This document shows positions 9,832 through 18,960 of a DNA stretch of 64,000 bases, piece after piece. Below the pieces are notes generated by a model. That model had not been told where the DNA came from and ran no database searches. It saw only the letters and a list, made by a program, of their open reading frames with translations. Source of the stretch: an uncultured Solibacteraceae bacterium (GTDB lineage Bacteria; Acidobacteriota; Vicinamibacteria; Vicinamibacterales; SCN-69-37); contig CAYRGW010000014.1 in NCBI GenBank assembly GCA_964423815.1, positions 505 through 64,504 on the forward strand, read 5' to 3'. How positions within the stretch are numbered: the stretch's first letter is position 1; every line of letters starts with the position of its first letter. The translations under genes were made by a program, and so were the position numbers.

Positions 9832-12800
9832 TACGCACCTTCGTCAGATAAGAGACCGAGGGCTTCACGCCCAGCGAGTCGAGCAATTTCATTGCGCGGG
9901 GATGGTCGGCTGCCGCGGCCACCTGTGAGTCCGGCAGATTGATGTCGCCGAAGGTGATGGCGCGTGTCGAACACGCTTCCATACACGCGGTCACCACGGT
10001 GCCGTCGGGCAGATGGTCCTTGGGCTGACCATTCCGTGTGGCTTCCGCCGTGGCCGCACGCACACGTTGCACGCAGAAGGAACATTTCTCCATGACACCG
10101 CGACTGCGCACGGTGACCTCGGGGTTGTTCTTCATCTGCATCGGTTCGCGGGCATTCAGGTCGGAATTGGTCGCAATCTGCGGCACCAGCCAGCGGAAGA
10201 AGCCGCTTTCCTGCTTCTTGCTCAGCTCCCAGTAGTTGAAGCGGCGGACCTTGAACGGGCAGTTGTTCGCGCAGTACCGCGTGCCCACGCAGCGGTTGTA
10301 GATCTGCTGGTTGAGTCCATCCTCACTGTGCATGGTCGCGACAAACGGGCAAACCGTTTCGCACGGCGCGTTTTCACAGTGCTGGCACAACATCGGTTCA
10401 AACAGCGCCTTGGGATCCTCGGTGACCTCGAGTGGGCCATCCCAGACCTCGGCGTCCCAGCCGCCCTCTTTTGCCGGCGCGTCGTAGTAACGATCAATGC
10501 GGAGCCACGACATCTCGCGACCGGCGATCATCCCGGTGCGCCCGACGACGGGGATGTTGTTTTCGGCCTGACAGCCGATCACACACTTGGCGCAGCCGGT
10601 GCACTTGGTGAGGTCGATGGCCATGGCCCATCGGGCCTTCGGGTATTCATGTTCCGGCCAGGCCGACGGACCGCCAGGGATCTGTTCGGTGCCTGCCTTG
10701 GGATTCTGCTGATACTCCGACAACGTGGTCGTTGGAACCAGAGGCCGACGAGCGCGGTCGATGACGTCTGAGCCCTGGGCAAGTGCGAGTTCCTCGTGCC
10801 CACCCGTCTTGCGGATGGTGACCGGCAGGCCGGCGGCCATCAGGCGGCCATTCACCAGTGGACGCATCGGGAAGGCGTTGGCGCCCACGCCGTTGCCGAT
10901 CAGGCCGCACGCGGTGCGGCCGTACCCGAGCGGCAGCGCAATCTGATCGTGATGCATCCCGGCGTGTCGATAGGCGGGTGCCACGATCTTCGCGTGGCCG
11001 GCGTCCACCTCGATCAGGTCGCCGTTGGTCAGCCCCATGTCGTCAAAACGCCGCGGCGCGATCGACAACGCCCCGCCCCAGGTGAGGCGGGTGATGGGAT
11101 TCGGCAATTCGTGCAACCAGCCGTTGTTGGCCGAACGTCCGTCGCCGAGCGCCAGGTCGGGATACAACTGGAGCTCGAGTGGGGACGTTTCCGTGATTCT
11201 CGCGAGGCGCGACACGGACATCAGGGCGCCGGCGCGGAATGTGCGCGGCGCTGCGGCCTCCGCCGGTCCCTGCCATCCACCCGTACGAACGACGTCACTC
11301 CACGCGTTTTCAAACGTTGTGGTGGCCGGGTCGAGTCCGAGACGTGTGGCCCAGGCGGCGCGCAGGTAGTGAAACGCGGGACTCGGACTCGGCGCGCGTT
11401 GTGCCGTCGCTGCCGCAGGCGGCGCGGCGGGCGGCAACGCGGCCGCGATGGCGGCACGGGCCGCCGGGTCACCAAACGCGGCGGCCCAGTCGACCAGCAC
11501 GTCGAGCAGACCACGCGTGTCGTGCAGGGCCTGGATGACCGGCTGCTGCACGGCGACGTATCCGCCGGGCATCGTCTCGTCGTTCCAGCACTCAAACGGG
11601 TGGCTGGCCGGCGCCAGCACATCGGCCAGCAGCGTGGTTTCGTCGAGCCTGTCGTTGAGCGAGACCACATACGGGACCTTGGTGATCGCGTCAGCGATGC
11701 CGAGTGCCGCAGGCGCGTCATACGCGGGGTTGGGTCCCGCCACGATAAGCACCTGCACGTCCCCGGCCTTCATCTCCGTCGTCAGGGTTTGCAGCGCCGC
11801 GGTGTAATCGGAGGAGCGAGCGACCGCGATCTCGTCGAACAGCCCGGCGTCAAAGGCCCCGAGGGTGACGTTGAGCGCCAGCGTCACCAGTTCAATCGCG
11901 GGTCCCTGGGCGGACGTGCTTGCGGCGCCGCCGGCGACCACGATCACGCGGCGTGTACCCTTCGCCAGTTCGTCCACCAGTGAGCGCAGGACGGCCGGAT
12001 CCAGACCGGCGGCCTGCGCCACCGTGGTGAGCTCAAACGGTGCGAGTGCCTCGGTCACCGACGCGTCGCCGGCGAGTGGACCCAGTCCGCGCACCACGAT
12101 GAGTTCGCGCGCCATCGCGGCGGCGACTGCGGCGAGATGGGAGTCGCGGGTGCGGATACGCTGATCGGCGTTGGCGCCGGTGAGCGTCAGGCGTCCTTCC
12201 AGTTGCACGAACCGGCTCATGCGCTGATCGCCGGTGCCGTCGGGATTACGTCGCGCGGCGAACAAGGGCTCAAGGCCATCGGATGGGCGGTCGAGGAACT
12301 CGGCGCCCAGGCCCAGAATCAGATCCGCCTTGTCGAGCCGTGGTCGTGCCACACGTGGTGCGCCAAACGCCTCGTTCCACGCCCACGTGGTCGTCGTGTC
12401 ATCGATCGGCGCCCACTGCACATGGCGCAGTCCGGTTTGTGCGCCAAGCGCGGCGATCGCCGATGTCATCGCGGGGCTGGTGACGGGGCCTGTCAGCAGG
12501 ACGGCCCGCGGCCCGGCGGCTTTCAGACGAGTGACCACCTCGGCGCTGATCGCGTTCCAGTTCATGGCCACCGTCGGACCCGCGTTGCGTCGCACGGAGA
12601 CCGGGCCTCGCGCGCGGTCCGGGTCATACAAATCCATCAGCGCCGCCTGGTGCCGCACCGTCAGGCCGCGCCCGGTCACTTCGTTGGCGCGGGGAGTGAC
12701 AAGAATCGGCCGACCTTCACGCGTCCGCACCAGGACGGGTGTGCCGTCGATGACCGTGTGGAAAAAGCGTACGTGCCCGAGTCCACCGACCAACTCCGAC

Positions 12801-12955
12801 GGCATGTCGTGAAACGGCACGGTGGCCTCGGGTGGCACCTGACATCCGGCGCTGGCCAGCGCGCCTGCGGCGGCCACAGTGCTGGTCAGTCGCAGAAATT
12901 CGCGCCGGTCGATGCCGGTGCCTTCCTGCGTGCTGACGGTATCGTGCTCGCTCAT
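9818..12955 (-). CDS. actB: Alternative Complex III subunit ActB (Tat-exported molybdopterin-oxidoreductase-like domain fused to a 4Fe-4S ferredoxin domain)
   Basis: Twin-arginine signal ([24 protein letters not shown]). The C-terminal third is rich in Cys clusters ([48 protein letters not shown]). Trimmed from track ORF 9818-13036 to ATG 12955 (MSEHDTV...), 11 nt after the actA stop. Confidence 0.9.
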   Translation of the reverse strand: MSEHDTVSTQEGTGIDRREFLRLTSTVAAAGALASAGCQVPPEATVPFHDMPSELVGGLGHVRFFHTVIDGTPVLVRTREGRPILVTPRANEVTGRGLTVRHQAALMDLYDPDRARGPVSVRRNAGPTVAMNWNAISAEVVTRLKAAGPRAVLLTGPVTSPAMTSAIAALGAQTGLRHVQWAPIDDTTTTWAWNEAFGAPRVARPRLDKADLILGLGAEFLDRPSDGLEPLFAARRNPDGTGDQRMSRFVQLEGRLTLTGANADQRIRTRDSHLAAVAAAMARELIVVRGLGPLAGDASVTEALAPFELTTVAQAAGLDPAVLRSLVDELAKGTRRVIVVAGGAASTSAQGPAIELVTLALNVTLGAFDAGLFDEIAVARSSDYTAALQTLTTEMKAGDVQVLIVAGPNPAYDAPAALGIADAITKVPYVVSLNDRLDETTLLADVLAPASHPFECWNDETMPGGYVAVQQPVIQALHDTRGLLDVLVDWAAAFGDPAARAAIAAALPPAAPPAAATAQRAPSPSPAFHYLRAAWATRLGLDPATTTFENAWSDVVRTGGWQGPAEAAAPRTFRAGALMSVSRLARITETSPLELQLYPDLALGDGRSANNGWLHELPNPITRLTWGGALSIAPRRFDDMGLTNGDLIEVDAGHAKIVAPAYRHAGMHHDQIALPLGYGRTACGLIGNGVGANAFPMRPLVNGRLMAAGLPVTIRKTGGHEELALAQGSDVIDRARRPLVPTTTLSEYQQNPKAGTEQIPGGPSAWPEHEYPKARWAMAIDLTKCTGCAKCVIGCQAENNIPVVGRTGMIAGREMSWLRIDRYYDAPAKEGGWDAEVWDGPLEVTEDPKALFEPMLCQHCENAPCETVCPFVATMHSEDGLNQQIYNRCVGTRYCANNCPFKVRRFNYWELSKKQESGFFRWLVPQIATNSDLNAREPMQMKNNPEVTVRSRGVMEKCSFCVQRVRAATAEATRNGQPKDHLPDGTVVTACMEACSTRAITFGDINLPDSQVAAAADHPRAMKLLDSLGVKPSVSYLTKVRNDQA

Positions 12956-12966
12956 ACGACTCTCCC

Positions 12967-13587
12967 CTACCTGTGGCACGTGATGCAGTCGGTGGACGCC
13001 TTCATTTCCGGCTTCCGGTGGCAGTCCACACACCACTGCATGTTGAAGTTGTTCTGCACGGACACCACGTCCATCTTCGCGACGTCGCCGTGGCAGTTCT
13101 GGCAGACGACCATCGGCTTGCCGTCCGCATCCACGAGCGGCAACTTGGGACGACCCTGTTCATCCTTGGCATTGAGATGTGCGGAGTGGTCGTAGTACAC
13201 AAAGTCCGGCAGGTCGTGCACCTTCACCCATGGAATGGGTTCGCCGCGATCCCAGTACTCCTTCATCTTGAGCACCCACTCGCGGTTGAGTCCGACCGTC
13301 GAGTGGCAGTTCATGCACACGGCCGTCGAGGGGATCGTCGAGTGCCGGCCCTTGTAGGGCATCGTGTGGCAATACACACACGGAATCGCAAACCCGCCGA
13401 CGTTGACGCGTTCGCCCTTTTCGTTCACCTGCCAGTCGGGTTCACCCGCCATACGTTTGTGGGAGAACGGAATCGGCTGCCGTGGTTCGTATCCCTTGCG
13501 GGCGTTGCTGAGGGCGTACGCCAGCGTGCCCGTGAAGGCGATCACGATCACCAGTGTCACCACGCGTATCACTGTGGGCCTCTTCAT
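12967..13587 (-). CDS. actA: Alternative Complex III subunit ActA (pentaheme cytochrome c, N-terminal membrane anchor)
   Basis: Five CxxCH motifs: CVYCH, CMNCH, CQNCH, CVDCH, CITCH. N-terminal TM. Its ATG overlaps the ccoS stop (ATGA at 13584-13587). Confidence 0.9.
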   Translation of the reverse strand: MKRPTVIRVVTLVIVIAFTGTLAYALSNARKGYEPRQPIPFSHKRMAGEPDWQVNEKGERVNVGGFAIPCVYCHTMPYKGRHSTIPSTAVCMNCHSTVGLNREWVLKMKEYWDRGEPIPWVKVHDLPDFVYYDHSAHLNAKDEQGRPKLPLVDADGKPMVVCQNCHGDVAKMDVVSVQNNFNMQWCVDCHRKPEMKASTDCITCHR

Positions 13588-13754
13588 TCGTCTACTCTCC
13601 GTGTCGAAGTCGGTTCTTCGTCGTCAAACAAAATGCGGATGGCGGGTGTTTCGAGATCGTCGAATTGCCCGGTGCGTGCAGCCCACACAAAAAACCCCAC
13701 CGCGATCGCGGCGATCAGCAGCGCCAGTGGCAGGAGCACAAAGATGGCTTCCAT
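13584..13754 (-). CDS. ccoS: cbb3 oxidase maturation protein CcoS
   Basis: 56 aa: MEAIFVLLPLALLIAAIAVGFFVWAARTGQFDDLETPAIRILFDDE. One TM followed by the SGQFDDL...P..RILFDD signature typical of CcoS/FixS. Trimmed from 13584-13796 to ATG 13754, 1 nt after the ccoI stop. Confidence 0.85.
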   Translation of the reverse strand: MEAIFVLLPLALLIAAIAVGFFVWAARTGQFDDLETPAIRILFDDEEPTSTRRVDE

Positions 13755-13755
13755 G

Positions 13756-16266
13756 TCAGGCTCCCGCTCCCGTCCGTGCCGAGCGCGCGCGCGCAAACGT
13801 GCGGGTCATCGCCGACGACAACACCACGGTCAGTGACGAAATCGGCATCAACACCGCTGCGAGTAATGGGCTCACCAACCCGGCGACCGCCAGAGACGAG
13901 GCCGCGATGTTGTAGAACAGCGAGAAGGTGATGTTGCGGCGGATGACACCACGCAGACGTCGCGAGCCATCAAGCACCTCAAGCAGTGGCGCGACGCCCT
14001 CGCGTGTGAGGACCACGTCGGCCGCCATCATCGACGCGCCCGTGCCCCCATGGACGGCGACACCCACATCGGCCAGCGCCAGCGCGGCGGCATCGTTGAC
14101 GCCGTCGCCCACCATCACCACGGTGCCGGTGCGATCGATGCGCGACACCAGCCCGGACACGATGTCGCGTTTGGCCTCCGGCGAAAGTCCGCCCTGTGCG
14201 TCCTCGGGCGCGAGTCCAAGCCGTGCGCCCAGCTCAGAGACGATGGCCGGGTGGTCGCCGGAGAGAATCCTGACGTGGATGCCGCGCGCGCGCAGCGACG
14301 CCAGCGTGGCCGCTGCATCCGGACGCACTGCGTCGCCAATGCCCGCCACACCCGCGACCTGGCCATCAATCGAAACAAACACTGGGCTCAGGCCATCGGC
14401 CACCATCGCGTCGGCGGCTCCAGCCACACCCAGTGAAAGCGCGTGACCAGGTGCAGACGTAAATGTGCGGGTGCCCACACGGACGTCGTGGGTGTCCACG
14501 CGGCCAGCGATACCCTGGCCGGGTGACTCCACGACGTTGTGTACCGTGCGAACAATTTGCAGCGCACGTGCGGCCGACGCTTGAAAGGCGCGCGCGACCG
14601 CATGGGAGGACTCCGCTTCGAGCGCGCGGGCCAGTTCAAACACCGACGCGTCACCATGCCAACGCGCAACCGTGGCACGGCCTTCGGTCAGTGTGCCGGT
14701 CTTGTCGAGCAGGACCGTCTCCACGTGGCGCAGCCGCTCAAAGGCGTCCGGATTCTTGACGAAGATGCCGGCGCGCGCGGCACGAGTCAGGGCCACGGAC
14801 ATGGCGAGCGGCACGGCCAGCCCGAGCGCGCAGGGACACGAAACCACGAGAAGCGCGACCACACGTTGCATCGCGACCCAGGAACCCTGTGTGGCCCAGG
14901 TCACCGCAGCAGTGACAGCGGCCACGACCAGCAGCACGTGCACAAATCGTCGCGCCAGCCGGTCGGTCGTCTGGACCAGGGCCGCCTTCTGCGAGAGCGC
15001 GTCCTGCACGATGGCCAGCAACGCGCCGACGCGGGTGTGTTCGCCGGCGGCCTGCACACGAAGGATGAGGCGCGCGCCCAGATTGGTGGCCCCCGCCGTG
15101 ACCGCATCACCTTCAGCGACCTCCAGCGGCGTGGCCTCGCCGGTGAGGACGGCGTTGTTGAGCGACGACCGTCCTGTCAGCACGACGCCATCGACCGGGA
15201 TCAATTCCCCAGACCGCACCTCGACGCGGTCGCCGGCTACCAGCGCCGCCAGCGGCACCTCGACCACCGGCGCGTCACTGTCGTCACCGTCGAGCCGCCG
15301 CGCAAATTCAAGAAACGCGACGTCGCGCAGACTGTTGGCCCGTTCCACTGCAGCGCGGTGGGCGCCGCGCTGCAGGATGCGGGCGCCAAGGAGCGCGGCC
15401 ACCAGCATCGCGAGTGAATCAAACCAGAGGGGGCCGTGGCCCACGACCGTGTTCCAGGCGCTGGCCCCGGCAGCGACGGCGAGCGCGACGGCAATGGGCA
15501 GGTCGATGTGCACCATCCCCATGCGCAGGCCGGAATACGCCGTCTGAAAAAATGGCCGCGCTGAGAACACCAGCACCGGCACGGAGATGACCAGCGAGAA
15601 CCATCGGAAAAACGTCTGGTAGGTCGAGGCCATGCCCGAGTACTCGCCCGCGTACAGCGCGCCGGACACAAACATGAGGTTCATCGCACAGGCCGCCGCA
15701 ACGCCGAGTCGCGCGACCATCTTTCGGTCTTCCGTGCGCGGCACTTCCGGGCCACGGCCCAGTCGCTGCAGGTGTGGTGTGTATCCGAGACGATCAAGCG
15801 CCCGACTGATGGTGGAGAGATGTGTCTGCGCCGGTCGCCACGTCACGTCGGCGACGCCCGTTGCATAGTTCAGGCGCACCTCATCGACGCCGGCCAGCAC
15901 CGACGGCAACTTCTCGACCATCCACACACAGGCGGCACACTGCACACCTTCGAGGTACAGCCGCGTGCGCAGCCGCTCAGGCCCGACATCCGTGGTTGCC
16001 TCCACCTGCACCCGCGCATCGTCAAAGTCCTCGAAGCTGCGGCCGGTGACTTTGGCGGGCTCCAGCGACATCTCCTGCCGGTTGACCAGCCGGTAATACT
16101 GGTCAAAACCCCACTCGCGCACGAGGGTGTACACCTGACGGCAGCCGTTGCAGCAGAACTGATGCGCGTCTTCCTGGCGCACGAGTGCCCCGGGGACCGG
16201 CAAACCGCAATGCGCACAGGCGACAGGCGCCGGGCGTGCGGGTCGCTGGTCGCGCGCGAGGGTCAT
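13756..16266 (-). CDS. ccoI: Copper-translocating P1B-type ATPase CcoI/FixI
   Basis: Motifs DKTGTLT, CPC (VVSCPCALG), GDGVNDAAAL, and N-terminal Cys motifs CAHCG...CCNGC. Start trimmed to ATG 16266 (MTLARDQ...), forming an ATGA overlap with the ccoH stop. Confidence 0.9.
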   Translation of the reverse strand: MTLARDQRPARPAPVACAHCGLPVPGALVRQEDAHQFCCNGCRQVYTLVREWGFDQYYRLVNRQEMSLEPAKVTGRSFEDFDDARVQVEATTDVGPERLRTRLYLEGVQCAACVWMVEKLPSVLAGVDEVRLNYATGVADVTWRPAQTHLSTISRALDRLGYTPHLQRLGRGPEVPRTEDRKMVARLGVAAACAMNLMFVSGALYAGEYSGMASTYQTFFRWFSLVISVPVLVFSARPFFQTAYSGLRMGMVHIDLPIAVALAVAAGASAWNTVVGHGPLWFDSLAMLVAALLGARILQRGAHRAAVERANSLRDVAFLEFARRLDGDDSDAPVVEVPLAALVAGDRVEVRSGELIPVDGVVLTGRSSLNNAVLTGEATPLEVAEGDAVTAGATNLGARLILRVQAAGEHTRVGALLAIVQDALSQKAALVQTTDRLARRFVHVLLVVAAVTAAVTWATQGSWVAMQRVVALLVVSCPCALGLAVPLAMSVALTRAARAGIFVKNPDAFERLRHVETVLLDKTGTLTEGRATVARWHGDASVFELARALEAESSHAVARAFQASAARALQIVRTVHNVVESPGQGIAGRVDTHDVRVGTRTFTSAPGHALSLGVAGAADAMVADGLSPVFVSIDGQVAGVAGIGDAVRPDAAATLASLRARGIHVRILSGDHPAIVSELGARLGLAPEDAQGGLSPEAKRDIVSGLVSRIDRTGTVVMVGDGVNDAAALALADVGVAVHGGTGASMMAADVVLTREGVAPLLEVLDGSRRLRGVIRRNITFSLFYNIAASSLAVAGLVSPLLAAVLMPISSLTVVLSSAMTRTFARARSARTGAGA

Positions 16267-16769
16267 TGCGTCACCTGCATCCTGGCGGCGTGCACAAATC
16301 GGAGCGACTGCTGGGTGGTGTCGAGACGCATCTCCCACTCGCCCGACTCGTCCATCTGTACCAACGTGCGGTACCGTCCGAGTTGGTTGGGGATTGCGGT
16401 CAATGTGCCCGTCTGATTGAGCCGTGTGTCGGATGGACGAATGGCGAACAAGCGACCTGTGAGATTCGCCACGGGCGCGCCCGTGCGGTCGGCCACCGTG
16501 ACGTCCACGGGCCGCGGCATGCCGCGCATGTGCGGCACGTCAGTCGGCAGTTCGTATCGCACCGTCCAGCCGAGTTGCTGGCTCGCCTGCTGTTCGGCTT
16601 CCGTGACGTCCCAGGCCAGTGCCGCCTCGAAATATCCCTGCATCGGTCGTGGTGCGTCGGGGCGCGTGGCCACCCACACGATCACACCACTTGCGACGAT
16701 CGACATGGACAGCAGCCCACCAACAAAGATCGGCCACCGATACTCGGAGAGCAGCCGCGCGAACTTCAT
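16263..16769 (-). CDS. ccoH: FixH/CcoH family cbb3 assembly protein
   Basis: 168 aa with an N-terminal TM (WPIFVGGLLSMSIVASGVIVWVA) and a periplasmic domain. Lies between ccoG and ccoI, with 4-nt overlaps on both sides. Confidence 0.75.
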   Translation of the reverse strand: MKFARLLSEYRWPIFVGGLLSMSIVASGVIVWVATRPDAPRPMQGYFEAALAWDVTEAEQQASQQLGWTVRYELPTDVPHMRGMPRPVDVTVADRTGAPVANLTGRLFAIRPSDTRLNQTGTLTAIPNQLGRYRTLVQMDESGEWEMRLDTTQQSLRFVHAARMQVTQ

Positions 16770-18193
16770 CGCCGTTCTCCACGTTCAGAAGGTCCAAGCA
16801 GCAGGAACTCAATTTCCTTGCGGAAACCGCGGTCGGACGTGACGACATACCGCACCGTGGCCTGCCCGTCGTCAAAGATGTCGGCCGGCACGGTCGTGAC
16901 CGCATTCACGGTGACCACCCGGTCAGCGTCGACCACGATGGGTGATTCGCTGAGGACAAACGAACCCCCGGCAACACCCTCAAGGACGACGTCGAAACGT
17001 TGGGTCTGATCCAACTGGCTGGTGAAACGGATGCGTTGCTGATTGGCGACCTCACCCGTCGGAAGGATCCGATAGGTTTCACGTCCACCCCTGCGGATCT
17101 CCACCAGGACATCCGCGCGCGTGAAGACGAGCGCGCCGAGTGTGCCCCAGGCGACGAGGAGGAGGGCCAGATACGCGAGGTTGCGCGGACGCCAGATCCG
17201 CCGCAGTCCACCCACCTGTTCGCGTTCCGACGTGAACTTGATCAGTCCCGTCGGCTGCCCGAGTTTGCGCATGACGTCGTCACACGCGTCCACACACTGT
17301 GCTGTGCCGATGCACTCGACCTGCAGCCCGCGCCGGATGTCCGTACCGGTCGGGCACACACGCACACACGCGCCGCAGTCGATACACGCGCCGGAGATCT
17401 CAACGCCCATCCGAAGTTTCGGCGCGAGGCGTGGTTCGCCGCGTTCCAGGTCGTAGGCCACGAGCAGCGTGTCCTTGTCGGCCAGCACGTTCTGCAGCCG
17501 GCCGTAGGGGCACGCGATCGTGCACATCTGATCGCGGAACCAGCCGAAGTCAAACAGAATCAGCCCGGTGACGCCCGCCATGGTGATGATCGCGCTTGTC
17601 CACGCCGCCGGGGCGGTCATCAACCCGCGAAGCAGCGGCGACCAACCGGTGAAGTACGACACAAACGTCGTCGCCATCAACACCGCAAGCACCGTAAACA
17701 AAAACCACTTGAGCGCCTTGACGCCGAACTTGTGCAGGCCCCACGGCTCCTTGTTCAGCCGCAGTTGCCCGGTGGCGCCGCCTTCGACCCACTGCTCGAT
17801 GGGCCTGAAGAGAAACTCCATGTAGACCGTCTGAGGGCAGCCGAAGCCGCACCAGACACGGCCAAACGTGGAGCCGACAAAAAACACGGTGACGACCACG
17901 CCAAAACCAAAAGCCGCGAGCAGCAGGTTGTCGGTCGGATGAAAGGTGCCGCCAAAGATGTGGAACTTGCGCGTGGCGAGGTCGAGCAGAATGGCGGGCT
18001 CACCCCCGATGGTCAGGTGGGGGAGGCCAAAAAACAACACCACGAGCGCAAACGCAATGTTGCGTCGAATCCTCCAATACCGCCCCTTGCTCACCACCGG
18101 ATGGATGTACCGGCGATGACCGTCGGCCGAGATGCTGAACAGCAACTCGTCGTCGGGTGCGGTGTCGAAGATGCGCTCGTGCTCGGTGCTCAT
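16766..18193 (-). CDS. ccoG: Cytochrome c oxidase accessory protein CcoG (polyferredoxin-like membrane protein)
   Basis: TM segments plus CPYGRLQ and CIDCGACVRVCPTG 4Fe-4S motifs. Trimmed to ATG 18193 (MSTEHERIFD...), 1 nt after the ccoP stop. Confidence 0.9.
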   Translation of the reverse strand: MSTEHERIFDTAPDDELLFSISADGHRRYIHPVVSKGRYWRIRRNIAFALVVLFFGLPHLTIGGEPAILLDLATRKFHIFGGTFHPTDNLLLAAFGFGVVVTVFFVGSTFGRVWCGFGCPQTVYMEFLFRPIEQWVEGGATGQLRLNKEPWGLHKFGVKALKWFLFTVLAVLMATTFVSYFTGWSPLLRGLMTAPAAWTSAIITMAGVTGLILFDFGWFRDQMCTIACPYGRLQNVLADKDTLLVAYDLERGEPRLAPKLRMGVEISGACIDCGACVRVCPTGTDIRRGLQVECIGTAQCVDACDDVMRKLGQPTGLIKFTSEREQVGGLRRIWRPRNLAYLALLLVAWGTLGALVFTRADVLVEIRRGGRETYRILPTGEVANQQRIRFTSQLDQTQRFDVVLEGVAGGSFVLSESPIVVDADRVVTVNAVTTVPADIFDDGQATVRYVVTSDRGFRKEIEFLLLGPSERGERR

Positions 18194-18194
18194 C

Positions 18195-18782
18195 TCAACG
18201 TCCTTGAATCGGCTCCGCCACAAAAACTGTGCCCTCGGGCGGGCGACCGTTGGCAGGACGGGTGCCCTGCAGGCTTCGCACGTACGAAACAAGCGCGCTC
18301 AGTTCATCGGGCGGAAGGGCGCGGCCCCATGGCGGCATCCCCTTGGCCGGCGACCCTTTGGCGATCGTCTGGAAGATCTGTTCGACCGATCCACCGAGCA
18401 GCCAGTGTTCGTCGGTCAGGTTCGGTCCGATCAGGCCCTGCGCCTGCGCCCCGTGGCACGCTGCACACGACCTAGAAAAACGCGATTCGCCCATGCCGAC
18501 GATGGCGGCGTTGGATGCACCTGCCAGCAACGACGTTGGGGACGGCGGCACGATGGGATTGGCGTCAAAATACGCTTGCACCTCGAGGGTCGCCGCCTCG
18601 TTCTGGGCGCGGAACTCCGCTTCCAGTGATCCTTCGCCGAAGCTCAGTGCGTAGAAGATGAGATACCCGGCGGCGAAGATGAGTGATCCCCACCAGATCG
18701 CCATGAGCCAGCCCGGCATCGGGTTGTCGTATTCCTTGATGCCGTCGAGTTCGTGCAGGACTTTGTCTTCGTATTTGGCCAT
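18195..18782 (-). CDS. ccoP: cbb3 oxidase subunit CcoP, monoheme form
   Basis: N-terminal HELDGIKEYDNPMPGWLMAIWW matches the FixP_N signature. One TM and a single CxxCH (CAACHG). Confidence 0.85.
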   Translation of the reverse strand: MAKYEDKVLHELDGIKEYDNPMPGWLMAIWWGSLIFAAGYLIFYALSFGEGSLEAEFRAQNEAATLEVQAYFDANPIVPPSPTSLLAGASNAAIVGMGESRFSRSCAACHGAQAQGLIGPNLTDEHWLLGGSVEQIFQTIAKGSPAKGMPPWGRALPPDELSALVSYVRSLQGTRPANGRPPEGTVFVAEPIQGR

Positions 18783-18789
18783 GGTCGCC

Positions 18790-18960
18790 TCACACCTTCT
18801 CGTCGTCTTCGTCGAGCGGCATCCGCGCGCGGGCGTCGAGGTCGGCGGCGGATGAGCGGAAGGCCCGCACGGCCACCACCACGTAGACCGCGATAAAAAA
18901 CAGCATCGAGCCCACAGCCCACATGCTGGCGCCCGATCCGGCGGTAAGTTCCTGGAGCAT
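18790..18960 (-). CDS. ccoQ: CcoQ/FixQ-like small membrane subunit
   Basis: 56 aa with one TM (MWAVGSMLFFIAVYVVVAV) and an acidic tail. Its ATG shares one base with the ccoNO stop (TAATG at 18958-18962). Trimmed from 18790-19041. Confidence 0.65.
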   Translation of the reverse strand: MLQELTAGSGASMWAVGSMLFFIAVYVVVAVRAFRSSAADLDARARMPLDEDDEKV

